A stretch of 64,000 nucleotides of DNA from the human T2T-CHM13v2.0 reference genome, Homo sapiens, in NCBI RefSeq assembly GCF_009914755.1, contig NC_060933.1; one strand, written 5' to 3'. Position 1 is the stretch's first letter. The number at the start of each line of letters is the position of its first letter. A model generated the notes under the pieces. The model saw nothing but the letters and a program-made list of their open reading frames with translations. It did no database searches and had not been told where the DNA came from. A program made the position numbers and the translations under genes. This document shows, one piece after another, positions 1 through 15,910 of this stretch.

Positions 1-2236
1 ACTGCCAGGCATTTTTCTTCAAATACCTATTTTTGAAATGTGCCATACACTTGAGAAGAGCAGAACGAGGTTTCTGCCCTCACCATCTAGGAGATACCAC
101 GAAAATAAATAGTCACGACAATTCACCACATCCTAAGTATACGTTCTGGGCGGGATGCTACCACACTCTTCTGGAGGTGAGGGAGACGGCAAGTATTGAT
201 CAACCTGAGCCACATCTCTTATCAGGAATGTTTTATTCCCCTAGTTTTGAGAATAGAAATAAAATGTGGGTAAGCAAACAGAAAACCATGAAACATTTCA
301 GGAGTTACATCCTTGGGTTTTTCTAAAACCATAGGAAAAAGAAGCCATGAAATGAAAGAATGGCAACAAGTAAGCCGAAAATTAATATTTAGACAGCAGT
401 ATTAACTGGGTTTAGCTGGAATTTTACTTCAAACTGGCGTGATGGATGTGTTACATCTTTAGGGATAACATTTTGCAGTGGTTGGTGGCAGGGAGAGGAA
501 GCTAGCTAGCTAAAAGATGTTCCGCAAACATGCAGAAAAGGAAAGTAGAACATCTTGTCTTTGCTCCACCACTAACAAGCTGAGATGAGTTGGGGAATTC
601 TGCAGGACTAATACTCTTAATGAAAGCTCATTTAAGCTGGAAGTGATTGGCAATGTATCTACAACGTCTCAGACAACAAGACAATTGAAACAGCCAAACA
701 ACATGCTTTTTTATATTTAAAAAAATCCATCAAATTAGCTACAATGCTAAGGGTGTACATTGCCTTTTACAAACATCACCATGGTTTGCTCTTCTATTCA
801 GTAACTTTCTCTCCAGATAAAGACAATGAAATGTGAATTAATTGATCCCTTCTTATATTGTCTTTAACACAGACTTATTTTCATATTGCTTTCGTGTTCT
901 ATTTATAGAACCTGGAATGTTAAGCATCATAAATAAATATAAATCTCTTTTTTAAAAATTCACCTATTACAGAAACTGAGTATTAATAGTTAAAGGAGAT
1001 TACAAAGAGGTATTGGCCTAAAAGCGATCTAGTCCCTGTAATGTACTACTTCATTCTATTAAGGCTACATAAAAATACAGAAGATTTTACTAGTAGTGTT
1101 TTATTTTGCAGAATTCTATTAAAAGTGGTGGTGCTTCAATTGTGGCTTATTAAGAACCCCAAGCAGATGCTTTGGTCTTAAAGCAGCATCTTTAATGGCA
1201 TATGCTTTTAAGGATAAATATTTTATACTGTTTAAATCTATTATGCACATCTAACTACCCATGCAGAAATGGTGCAGAGAATAGAACTTAACTCTTGCTA
1301 TATATTTCCTGTGTCCTGTGATAGAACCTGTATCAAATACAGGTAGGCATTCCATTTAGAGGTAACTGTCCGATACATCATTAAAACAGATAGAAGTAGA
1401 CCAAACTTGCAAGAAAAATTACTTGAACAATATGGGAAAAGGAAAATTCAGTGTTTAGCTCTTTCTTCCTTGCCTTGAGAGGAGACATCTTGTGAACTTT
1501 CATTGTCATCTAACCCCTCTCTCACCCCCACCCCAACCACACACCCTTTGCAGGCAATTTAGGGAAAGTACATTGAGATTGGGGGTCCTAACTCTGCATA
1601 CTAGCCATGTGAATGTATTCAAAATTAGTCCAGCTGTCTGAGATTCTGTCTCACCATCTGAAAAATAAGACAATTGGATCAAATGACTTTTAAAGACTAT
1701 GGTTCTCTCATCTTCCAGGGAGCTTTGGTCATGTGCATTAATATTCCCCCCTTGTTATAGCCACGTCACACAGATAAGAGTAGGGTAGAAGAGAGGAGGG
1801 GACTTGGAAGCAACTAAGCAATTCTGAATGATGCTGAATAACTTGTCCATGGCAGTAGCCAGCACACTTCCCTCCTGGAGAGCAGGACGATACTCGGGGC
1901 TTTCACTAAGTGAAATGACCCAGCCAAACATGCAGTTAACAACCACTGTCAAATCAGAACCGTGCACTAGCCTCTTCTCTCCGTCCATCCTCCTGAAAAC
2001 AAAACAAAACAATAAAAACAAGAAATCAGATTAAAATGAATGTCAAGGACAACCAGGAGCAGCTCAAGGAAAGGGTAGTAGCCAATCCCAAATCACTCCA
2101 AGTTCATGTACAATCCAATTAAAGAGTGAGCTGCTGTACAGATGCCGCTTTAGGGCAAACGCACCTGTCCTCCCTAGTTCACTACAACCTGATCACTTCC
2201 AAGCTCCTCTTGAAGAAAAAGCAAATATGTTCATAA

Positions 2237-2530
<294 letters not shown>

Positions 2531-4529
2531 AGAAGATATTCTTGACTACTGAGGGACCAAGCTACCTAAGTCACCTGGGTCATTGGAGAGGGTCTTACTT
2601 GACTCTTCTGAAATTTTAGCACCACCTTGTTCTGTGCCAACCACAGAATATCTCCCAAAGCCTGCTTATTTCCAAAATCTTGCTTTCTATCTCAAAAAGG
2701 AATTCTCCCAGTTTGGGGCCAATTTGTCATATTCCTAGGACCTCTACCATGGTTACATCTATAGTATTAACCAGTCTATGACTATGAATTATTGTAGAGG
2801 ATACCTGGAGCCACGGACTGTACAGTTAATCCCTAGGGTTATTTGAATCCATATCTTTCTAGGTATCCTCTAATAACCCCGCAAAGATGGTCTACAATCA
2901 CCTAGTAACATGTATAGTGCTTCCCCACAACTGCAATAAATGGTAGAATGTATACAAAGCACTTTGTAACCAGCCAGTTTCCAAACAAATATATGATTTA
3001 CATCACAAACAACACACACATATATGCTCAATTCAAGTACTCATAGACATACATATCTACTTACAGTACATGTGTGCATATCAGTCACTACAGGCTTGTG
3101 CCTCTGTCAATACAGTTTTCCCAATGTGCTAGCAATTCATTAGACTACATTCATCTAAAGCACCGTTTTTATTTTGAGTTGAAACTATGCAAAATTTATC
3201 TTCCTCAGTGTATTTCTCCTGGAGATACTAGTTAGGTATTACATTTTGCCTTAGAATTCAGAACCTCATAAGAAGATTCTAAAATCTACCACCACCACCA
3301 ACAACAACAAAATCTTATTGAGAAGCTACTGGAAAGCCAACTCCATTTCAAAAGCCATAGTAATTATAAAATATTCTACAGTAAGCAAAAGGAAAGGAGA
3401 TTTCAGGAGGTTCTGCCTGTGACTTGGAGGAGCAGGGAATGTTTCTACTTATGAAGTGACCTCAGAATCAGTCCCTAATGACAGTTTCCACATTAAATAG
3501 TATTTCAAGACATTATACTGCAGAGAAGCCATACGTTTAAGGCATTGCAAGCTTTGACATTGGCTTTTAGAGCTCTGAATTACTTTTCCACTGGCTGGGG
3601 TGAATGTATTAGCCACATTTTCAAGCACCCATTTTTGGAAGAGCTGGTAAGAGTTAAAATACCACATGGGCTATGGAACCCAGAAGCGCCAATTGATCAC
3701 AAGGTTGATGGGGATTAGCATACTTTGGTGTGATTAGCGTGGTATGCAACCAATTTAACAGGTGCTCTCTGCTAACCAATACAGGATTTATTTCTGTGAT
3801 GTTTGCAAATGTGGGGAAACCTGTTAGAAATTGTCCCAACTGGAAAACAATTTTTGTTTTATTTTATTTATTTTTTAAGGTAAGCTTTCTCTTGAAAACA
3901 TAATCTTAATACTGAGGAGAATGAATTTGCTATTTAAATTTGAGGCATGTTTATGAGGCCTACTGGGGAACTGCTATTTGGTTTTCAGCAAGATTTGTTC
4001 TGGAACAATTTGACACAATAAGGAACCATCAAAAACCACTATTTTAAAGCTTTAGTCAATTAAATGCATTATTTAAATTACCATGTACTTTTTAAAATTT
4101 AGGGTGTTAGAAAATATAAAAATGACCTTCAAAGATTACTTCTAAATTAGTTCTTCCTAAAGGTCAGAAATGCATTGACTAAACATCCAAAAGGGTGGTG
4201 AGGTGGGGGAGAGATTGCATCTGTTTAAATTAACAATCAATCCATATGTCAACAAAATTCAAATGGTGAAAATCAATCCTAGTGATGGCCCTGAGCAATT
4301 TTCATAATGAGATTTCATCATCTGTGACCCATTGGTTGTCCTTTGGTGGCGTGTGGAGGTGCAGTTTTTAAGAAGACTAAAGGAAGATTTTCCATGGCCT
4401 CTGGATTTTGCTGTTTTGGTTTGTCCTATCTAAGACTCTTCAAGTGTTTGTAAGCCTGTAAACTATACTCTCACCTTCTGTAACTCTGCAAGGCTTCTCC
4501 CCCATGCGTCACAACAAAGAAAATTCTCA

Positions 4530-4860
<331 letters not shown>

Positions 4861-5421
4861 TCAAGTTGTCAAGCTTCACACAGACCTTAGAAAACATCGC
4901 TGATGCCAAATCCTCTTGCAGATGGAGGATCAAACCCCAAAAAACTGAGTTAAATAGGTTAAGCGACTTCCCCAAAAGCACAAACTAAAAGACTGAAAGG
5001 GACCATGTTGGCTTCCTTGGTCTTACTATATAACCCCCTTAAAACTCATCAACTGCAGGACATTTAAGTAAATTAATCTTTCTGACTGTTCTGTGAAGGA
5101 GATCTTTTACTGTAAAACTTCACTTTTAAATGTAATCTTTTAACAATAGATTCTTTCTCGTCAACTGATTTCAAGAAAGGAAACTGTAATTTCCAAAAAA
5201 TTAGACACACACTGTTGCAATACAGCAAAATGCTTCTGATCCAAAACAGCTTTCTGTTGTTAAATAAAGAAAGCACCCTCTTAGATAGTTAACTTGTTTT
5301 TCCTGCTTGTAATTTTTTCCCTGCTTTGGATATACTCTGTTTAAACACAAATGCTATGTAGGTTCTTTCAGCTTTACTCCCTGCTTTCTTACCTTTTATT
5401 AGAAAATGCTATCTTACTTGA

Positions 5422-5699
<278 letters not shown>

Positions 5700-7607
5700 T
5701 GCTATCTTATTTGAGCTTCCTAAAATTTGAGAAAATGTTAATCACTTTATTAATCTATTCATTCAATCTTTGCCCAGCTATTACTATTACTTGCATTAAT
5801 CTGATTTTTTAATTTTTTTTCCATTTCATAGTTTATTGAATTGTGTTTTATTATATTTTTATTATTTTTAAAAGTTAGCATAGTATCTTACATTTTGTCA
5901 ACATATTTTTTCTGAAGAACTCTAGGAGCAAATTGGTCTTAGAATATTCAGGTCTGCATGAAGTAAAAATCAGTTATGCCATTCGCTGATATGTCAGTTG
6001 GCAATAGAATTTGCATGTAAAGGAGATTGAAAGCTATCCTGATTAATTGAGGGGGAAGTAATGAGTGGTTGGACCATGAACTGAGCCAACAAATAAGTTA
6101 TAAATTATTGATGCCCCCAATTTCTGCTTAAAAAAACTTGAGGAAACGAAATGCTAAATCTCCTACTCTTCCTCCGAATCTACAGATCACTAATAGATTA
6201 CTGTTTTAAGCTTAAATATATCAATGGTTTTATTCTGACAGCAGAATTCTATTTATGCTAAAAATAATGATCTCTAAATAGGGATTAGAAAAATCAGAAA
6301 GGTCTTTAAATGACATTGTCTTTTCTGACATTGCCATCAGTGACAAACCACTAGACTTGTTCTGTCTAATGACAGAAAACAAAACTGGCTGTCTGTTTTG
6401 AAAAAGGAAAATTGTGTGTGCATTTGGTTAAATGTTTCACCTTTCAACCAAGTGTTTTAATATGTTTTAGTTACTGCCTAAGAGCACAGATTCTAAGAAA
6501 TCTTGATATTATGAAAACCTAATGTAGGCACTTAAAACATGCCTTGGGCAAGTCCATAGAGATATCCTGCCACTAATTCACAGTGAATCTCCTAAGAATT
6601 CCATTTTCGCACTAGTAGTATAAACTAAACAGAGAATTCAGTGGTACTCTAGATCCTTAAGGCAAGTGACAAATTAAAAATTCATTAATCACTTTGAGGC
6701 TGAGATACGGTATTTTTAGGAAGAATACTTCCAACTTTAAAAAAAAAAAAAGTCCCTTGTGGAGAAAAATGAATAGAGGGTATAGTTCACCAAGAAGAAA
6801 CCATTCTTTCTCAGGAGGAAAAAAAGAGGGAGGAGGTGGGAGCTGAGAATTACGAAGTTCAGGAGCAACACCCTCTAGCGCTATATATAGCTCTGAGGCT
6901 CAGCTTTCTTGCCTTGGTGCATGCAGTTGGGCCTCCGGTGCTCTTGGTAATAACACCGAAAGCAGCAGTTTTTAAAGATATACTCAACTTTCCCCACTCC
7001 CAGGATGTGGCATTCTAATGAAACTACCCGTGCAATCCGTGTCTGAGACATTGTAGCCTTTGGAGAGCGCCATTTGCTGAAATGTCTAGTGAGAGGTAAA
7101 ATAAGCCGCTTTGGTGGAAAAAAAACCCGCTGAGTGGTTGAAATCAGAGCTGCAGAAGGTCACTTGCTATTTTAGTAACTGCAAGCTGGTCCTCATTTTA
7201 TAACATCACAGTTATAAACAAGACATTGTCACCTTGCTTGTCAGTTTACTTCTTTTTCACCAAAATAAGCAGATGTAGCCCTTTTTCTTTCTACATAGAA
7301 TTAGGTAATTTGGATGACTTGTTTCCAAACTTTGCTTAACTGTGTGGATCAATATGTAAGAGAAGTTATTTTTCATATATTTCTTTAAACATTGCTTCAA
7401 AATATTATTCTTACACCTTTTTACATCGTCTGATATAATTGACCTTTTAAAACTCTATTTACTTGTATAAACCTTATCACGCACATCTCAATCATGCTGT
7501 AAATCCTTACATTGGACTTTCTTTCTTACTTCTTTGATTTATTAATAGATCACAATGAAGAGTATTGAGGATGGGGTAGGATATGTAGAAGTCCTTTACA
7601 GTCTCAG

Positions 7608-7610
<3 letters not shown>

Positions 7611-7642
<32 letters not shown>
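7611..7642. repeat. (AG)16 microsatellite
   Basis: Direct read. Confidence 0.95.
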
Positions 7643-7644
<2 letters not shown>

Positions 7645-9710
7645 AGGAGACTCAGCTAATTTCTAGGATTATTTAGATACAGTCCATTTGGAAATGGAGG
7701 AAGGAGGTTAGGTCCAGCCCCAGGGTTCTATAATTATTGCACACACTATTGAGAATTACCATCAATTTTATTCTAGTTTTCCCTTCAAAAATTTAATTTC
7801 TCTCTTCTTATTGCACACATCAAAAGTAAAGATTACCCTTAAGACTTCTAGGGAGGTTTGACAATTTTAACAATATTTTAAAATATTTTTTCATCAAAGT
7901 GATGCAGAAGTATATTTACCAATATCAATTATTTTAAAACTTTCTGAGACTTCTTTTTATTTGATTCACACATTGTCATTTCTATCCCATAAAGTTGCTC
8001 AATATATAAAGTTATAAATTCTGTTAATTGAATATAAATCTTGGATTCCAATAAGCCTTCCACAAAGAATAGTATCAGGGTCAAAGTTGAAAACAAAACA
8101 GCAACTTTTGGGGGGAAAAAGTTTTATGTGTTTATACATGTGAGAATATAGAAGGGAAAGGAAGAGAAAGAGAGAAAGTGATAGCAAGTGATTGTTCATG
8201 AAATTAACAAATAGAAAATGAGGAATGTGGATTTAATATTAACCTGCAATACACACCCAATTTTTCCTTGCCTGCATCAATGTTCACTTTTTGCCTTATC
8301 ATGATTAAAAGGAATGACTGGACAGACTGAGCATATAAAATTGTTTTTCTCTTTCCTCTATATCATTATATTAACTATCAAAGCAGCCCACATACTCTTA
8401 GTAAATTGAACAAACCTCTGTCTCACTGAACACATGTAGGGAATCTTAACTACTGAGAAGATGTAGCTGCATTTTCATTACAAGTTTTCTTTCACACCCA
8501 CTTAAGAAATCTCCAGCCTCATCCGTGGTCTCAGGAAGAGCAGAGTGTAGAGTTTGTGTGCATCACCTTTGGAGGTGGTAGAATTTCCCATCAGTTAGTT
8601 ATCTGGGCAATATTCCTGTTGGACTTACTATTCCAGCACAGAGCATACTGACTTCTTCTTCGACATGTACCATCTGCAGCCCAAGCTAGTCAAAGAAGCC
8701 AACAAAAACTGAGCTGAAAACAGCTGCAATCCAAGTTAGGGTAACGGATGAAGGATGTGAGATTGCCCAGAAAGATTCCATATCCTCTGCTCTTTTACCT
8801 CAGTCCCTTTTGTCTGGACTTTCTCATGTGGTTGGTCCCTAGAGAGGACTACATTTACTATTACCTTTTCTACTTTTCCAAGCAAGGACTCTTGAAAGTT
8901 CCTTTGGCTCCCAACAGAAACTTTGCATACTGTATTCATTGTCTCTCCTTTGGCCTTTCTTTTTAAATCCCTCTCCTCTTTTCACAACTGCAGACTCTCA
9001 GTCTAAGCAAACCATCTCCTTGGACATTCAAGCATCTTTCTAATTGACAGAATGAGCCCTCCAGTCTTGCTCCCATGAGACCAAGTCTAGCTGTACCGCG
9101 TCTTGTAACAAGCTGAGCTTTGAGAGGGTCAAGTCGGTTTTTGCACATGGCTCACCTCTGCACTGCAGAATAGTGAGAGAAAGTGGTGGAGGAATGTGTC
9201 TGCAATTGCTGCTACTGTGCTTTTGCCTTCATTGCCATTCGTAATAAGTCTTATTTATAAAAGAGATTTGACTTGTATTTCCCACCACAAGGATATGGAA
9301 AATAATTTTGCATGCTTACCATTTGACTTCAAAGCCATTCTGAGTGCTTAGGCTTTAAGATCATCAAACAAAGGATCAATCTTAACTCTTATAAATCCTT
9401 TGAGAAATAAAGCAGACAACTGAAGGAAGGAAGAATGGATAGACAGATGGACATCTTCAACATTATCTTCACTAACTCAGCGTTGGTTGAGCACCTACTA
9501 TATTTAATATTTTGTCTCGGTGCCACATCTGCTGGTCCCATGTATTCTCCTTCAAAATTGTCTTGACTGTAGCTCCTCCACTCCATCTCTGTCATTATGA
9601 CCTAGTTCAGACCTTCCTCATAGCTGGTGTGAATTTTCACAACAGCCTGATTAATTTCATGTACTCACTAATGCCATCTCATCTTTGCCATGACTAAAGT
9701 CACCTTTCTA

Positions 9711-10021
<311 letters not shown>

Positions 10022-10310
10022 GACAAAAAACAGACCATACTTTACAGCTCCTACTTTACAACTTCGGTTGGTTACCAGTTATCTCTGAATTGGTAAAATT
10101 CAGAGATAAAATCCAAAAATCCTACAAGATGAAATTCCTTGACCTGTTTACTCAGACATCCCTACTTCAGTCACAAAATCTGTCCACCCTAGTCTTATTT
10201 CTCCTCATCTCCTCCATGCACCCTGTGTTGCAAATATACAAGACTTCAAGCCAGGAAAGATGGACTCGGTTTCAAAACATTGCTTACTAGCTCCATAGAA
10301 ACTGGTCTAG

Positions 10311-10634
<324 letters not shown>

Positions 10635-10979
10635 ATCACTTGCTCTTTCGAAACCTCACTTCTATCCTCAGTAAAGGGGAGACTGGTCGTAAAGAAGTAA
10701 AGATTGTAAAGATATAAGATGTAATGTCAGAAATTACCTAGCCTACAGCTAGCTTTCTATCTGTGCCTTCATAACATCATTCCCTCTACCTGGGATACAT
10801 CTTTCTCTTCTCCATGTGACAAACTGTGCTCATCCTTCAAGACCCAGGCAACTCCTCTATGGTTATTTTCCTGCCCCTACCCCCAGACTAAGTTAGCCAC
10901 TTTCTTCTTTGGGCTCCCACAATAACTGTGGGCATTTATTGCATCATGACATGAAATTATATTATTGTAAGATACTTTA

Positions 10980-11330
<351 letters not shown>

Positions 11331-12750
11331 TTAATCTGTACCTTGACCTGATATAGGGTACCTTCTCAAAAATATTTGGTGAATGAATATATGAAGGCAT
11401 TATGCTGGGCTCTGCTGTCCAGTTCTTAAGGACCTCATAATCTTAAAGGGTGTGGGACAAACAGAGGGATTCAAATAACCACAGTATGAGTCTCACTGGA
11501 ACAAGGGCTCAATTGAGGCAGAATCAAAGTGTGATGGCAGCCAGCCCTTCTTCCTGAGGACATGGTTGGCAGGGAAACTTTCACCAGGCATGACCATCCG
11601 GGTTGAGTCCTGAAGCATGCATGTGGATTTAATTTCCTATTTCCTTAAACTTCCCACGTATTTATTGTACCTACCCTTCCTCATAAACCATAGACTCCTA
11701 AATTTTGATATCAGAAGGCCAGAGAATCCTTAAGCTTTGGCCAACAGTTCCAGGCAGATATCATAAAAGAACAGATAAAGTTTTTCACAATACAATTGTG
11801 AGTGGCAATGATAGTCTTGTTTATAAACCCTGAAGCCTGTAAATTACCAACAAATCAGCATGTCTTTGAAAATGAAAACAAACTACACCAAGAAGATAAT
11901 AGTTTGAAAACTATAAAGCTATAAAATCTTTTGTTAACATTATATACCTACTGGAAAGCAAATATGTTTTTTTAGATTCTAAGTAATTAGACTGCCCCGG
12001 TGAAATTGAAAAATGATGAGCCATGACATACCAATCTATTTTAATATGATGGATAGAGTAATTTTTACCCTTTTTATACCATAGGAGAATGTTCAATTAA
12101 ACTTTGAATATAGGATTTTTTAAAGAAAGGATTTTGTAATATCATAAGCAGTGCAAGTCTAGAAATGCTCAGTGCTGAATCCAATAGAGTAGAGCTATCA
12201 TCAGAAGTTAGCATTTGGTAGCATCTTCTACATGTATTATTTTATTTTGATTGAAAAACTCTTGAAATATCTTCTTTCTGCAGGATGGATTGCAGAATTA
12301 AGTATCTCCACTGAATTGTATCTCCATTGGAGTCATCATATTGCTCCCCTGATGACAAACTATGTAGACTGTCCTAATAAGGATAACCGGGGCTACCATT
12401 TATTCAGTGTTTCCAACGTGCCAGGCAATGGTCTGTAGGAGATTTTTGTTTAGAAAATTTATTAGAAGCTTAAGTTTACAATTTTTTGTTCTCTACATCA
12501 CTAAAATTTAATTTACTTTGTACCCTATATACCAGAAGCTTAGTGAGATAGAAAGGAGACAGCCAAATGCTGCTTTGAGGGCTGTCCTGGAGAAATGGGG
12601 TTGGCCATTTAGAAAGAACAGAACTTACATTTGAAATGGCGCAACCTGAAATACAAGAAAATTTTATTTTCAACTAGTGTTCAACTAGCAGGTGGGATTA
12701 CAAGGGACCACCTCCTAGCTCTAGCCACCTTCAGGGGACTCACAGCAGGC

Positions 12751-12992
12751 TTGTTTTGTTTTGTTTTGTTTTGCTTTGTTTTGTTTTGTTTTTGAGATGG
12801 AGTCTCGCTCTGTCGCCCAGACTGGAGTGCATTGGTGTGACCTCCACCTCCCAGGTTCAAGCGATTCTCCTGCCTCAGCCTCCTGAGTAGCTGGGATTAC
12901 AGGCGTGTGCCACCACACCTGGCTAATTTTTTGTGGTTTTTTTTTAGTAGAGATGGGGTTTCACCATGCTAGCCAGGATGGTCTTGATCTCC
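12751..12992 (-). mobile_element. 5'-truncated Alu with (TTTTG)n tail
   Basis: Reverse Alu; 12-bp TSD cacagcaggctt flanks the truncated copy. Confidence 0.93.
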
Positions 12993-13885
12993 CACAGCAG
13001 GCTTTTTTTAAGGAGAGCTCTTATGTCTGGTTCTATTGCTCAACTTTCATGTCTCCAAACCCAAAATGATTGGTATTTAAGATACAATGTGAAATACAAC
13101 TCGATTGGGATAAACTGCCCAAAATTGTGTTTGCTACTAATTTTTGTGAATATAATCATTTAATCATTTTTAAACTTTTTAAAAGAAAAAGGTTATTATA
13201 TAAAAAATTAAAAAGGAGAATATAATGGTCCCTATGACCCAATTCCAATCATTATCAACTCATAGCCAATATTGTATTGTGTACACCACCTCTCCTATTA
13301 TGTAAGATATTTACATTGCCCCAAAGTCAAATCTACAAAAATAGTATTATCAGAAAATTTAATTTGTTTCCTTGTCTCTGCATTCTGTTCCCTATTTCCT
13401 CTATACATAGCCTTTCTTTTAGTTTATTGTTTAATGCTTCCTTTAAAAAAATAAGCAAATAAATTTATATTTTAATGCCCCCTTTCTGAGATAAACAATA
13501 GGGTTCTAGTGATTTTCAAAACATTTTAAAGTATTTGGAGTACAAGTGTTAAGACTGTTAGTTGACTTTCAAGCCAAAAAGCAAGAAATATAATAATTTT
13601 ATATCTTTTTTATAAATAAATACCTTTGAATGGTTTCCAACTTGTAAAACCCCTAAGTTGTGATCAAAAGACCTGGGGGAAAGCAATAAATTTTGATTAA
13701 AATACTGAAAATTGAAAAAATGCAATAAAGAGTTTGTCTGAAGATTTTAAGATAGATAGCAATGTTAAAGACACTTTAATACAATAGGAGTATCTCCAAA
13801 AGGCATTCTTATAGTAAACACATTAAAAGCTAATGAGCAGAGTAATTTTATTCACAAACCTTTGAATTGATATCTTTTCTCACAG

Positions 13886-14007
13886 ACCGAATTGCACAGA
13901 ACATCATTAAGTCCCATTTGGAGACATGTCAATACACCATGGAAGAGCTGCACCAGCTGGCGTGGCAGACCCACACCTATGAAGAAATTAAAGCATATCA
14001 AAGCAAG
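13886..14007 (+). CDS. RORB: RORB coding exon (probably exon 5), hinge/LBD start: (D)[40 protein letters not shown]
   Basis: Acceptor ttttctcacag|AC, donor AAG|gtactc; 122 nt; phase 1 to 0; recognised RORB peptide. Confidence 0.97.
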
Positions 14008-14053
14008 GTACTCTGGGAAACCATGAGAAAGTTTTTCTGTGATTACCCTATTG

Positions 14054-14267
14054 CTGTGTTGCTCAAGCTCAGCACTATTGGCATGTTGCACTGGGCAATT
14101 CTTTTCTGTAAGGGCATCCTGCAAATTGTTCGATACTTACCAGCATCCCTGGCCCTACCCACTAGATGTGCCATCGCCCTCACACACACTTGTGACAACC
14201 AGAAATGTCTCCAGATACTGCCAACTGTTTCCAAGGAGGCAAAACTACCCTGATTGAAAAACCACGG
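14054..14267. mobile_element. MER20 hAT/Charlie DNA-transposon relic
   Basis: Matches recalled MER20 consensus (cagcatccctggccctacccactagatg...tgtgacaaccagaaatgtctccaga...); degenerate TIRs. Confidence 0.8.
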
Positions 14268-14872
14268 CCCTATTTGAGTGACTACAGAGACCGTGCCTTC
14301 ATCAAATGATTTTAGGACATCTCTTGCTGACTTCTTGGGTGGAGGCAAGGAGCAGGAGCAATGTAATAATCACAGCAGTTGTAATCGTCACAAACTTACA
14401 CAGCAAATATATGGAACAAGGCTTTCTAAAGTTTTTTCTTGCCCTGCATGTTAAAAAGAATCCAAAAAACAGGACAACTCATCCCATATTTTCATTATTA
14501 CACTGTGTCATTTCTTTGGGTTTGTTGAAGAAGTTTTTAAGAGGAATTTATTGTTGTTTTTCAGTATTTACATTACATTACTTTGGGATAGAGATCCCCA
14601 ATTACAAAATCCACCAGTAGATGGAACTTTAATAAAATATATAAATGTGTGTATATCTAAATAAATGTTTACAATATGCTGATTTTTCTCCACCAGAACA
14701 ACTAAATCTCAGTACTTTTATATAAATAGGGAAACAAAGGCATTGTGTCGCTATGGTCAATAAAAATTAGAATTAACACACATAGATTTCTGTTTCTCAT
14801 TTCAAAAAATAAACTGAGGACTAAAAAATATTTGGGTGATTCTACTGAACTTAGGTGAATGATTTGATTTGA

Positions 14873-15213
<341 letters not shown>

Positions 15214-15691
15214 TCGGAATTCTTTTTAAACCAGAAAACACTCTCCATAGGTCTGGGAAAAAGACACAACATAAAAATACTACAAATTTAGTGCCCATCA
15301 GATACCCATGAAAATGATGTCATGGAAGCCTGTGAATGAAATCACTATCCCTCAATGCAAAGCTTTGTTTTTTATATTAATAGTATGTGAAGATAGATTT
15401 GTTATTTTCTTTACAAACTCAGATTTCGTTTAGGTGAGAAGGAGGAAAAGGAGGAAAAAGAGTAAAGAAAATAACAAAGCTATCCTTACTTACTATAAAC
15501 AATGTTGCTATTATTTTAGCCTCAGTACTTTGATCATTTTGGCCTATTGAGGTCCAAACAGGTCAAAATATTAACTTAGGGAAAAAAAATAAAAGTAGTG
15601 CCCTCCTTTTTTAAAGGAATCATATAAATTCCCTCCTTTGGCCCCAAGTGACAGATAAGCACCAGTAAGGCAAACCTGAGTGTTCTGTTGA

Positions 15692-15910
<219 letters not shown>

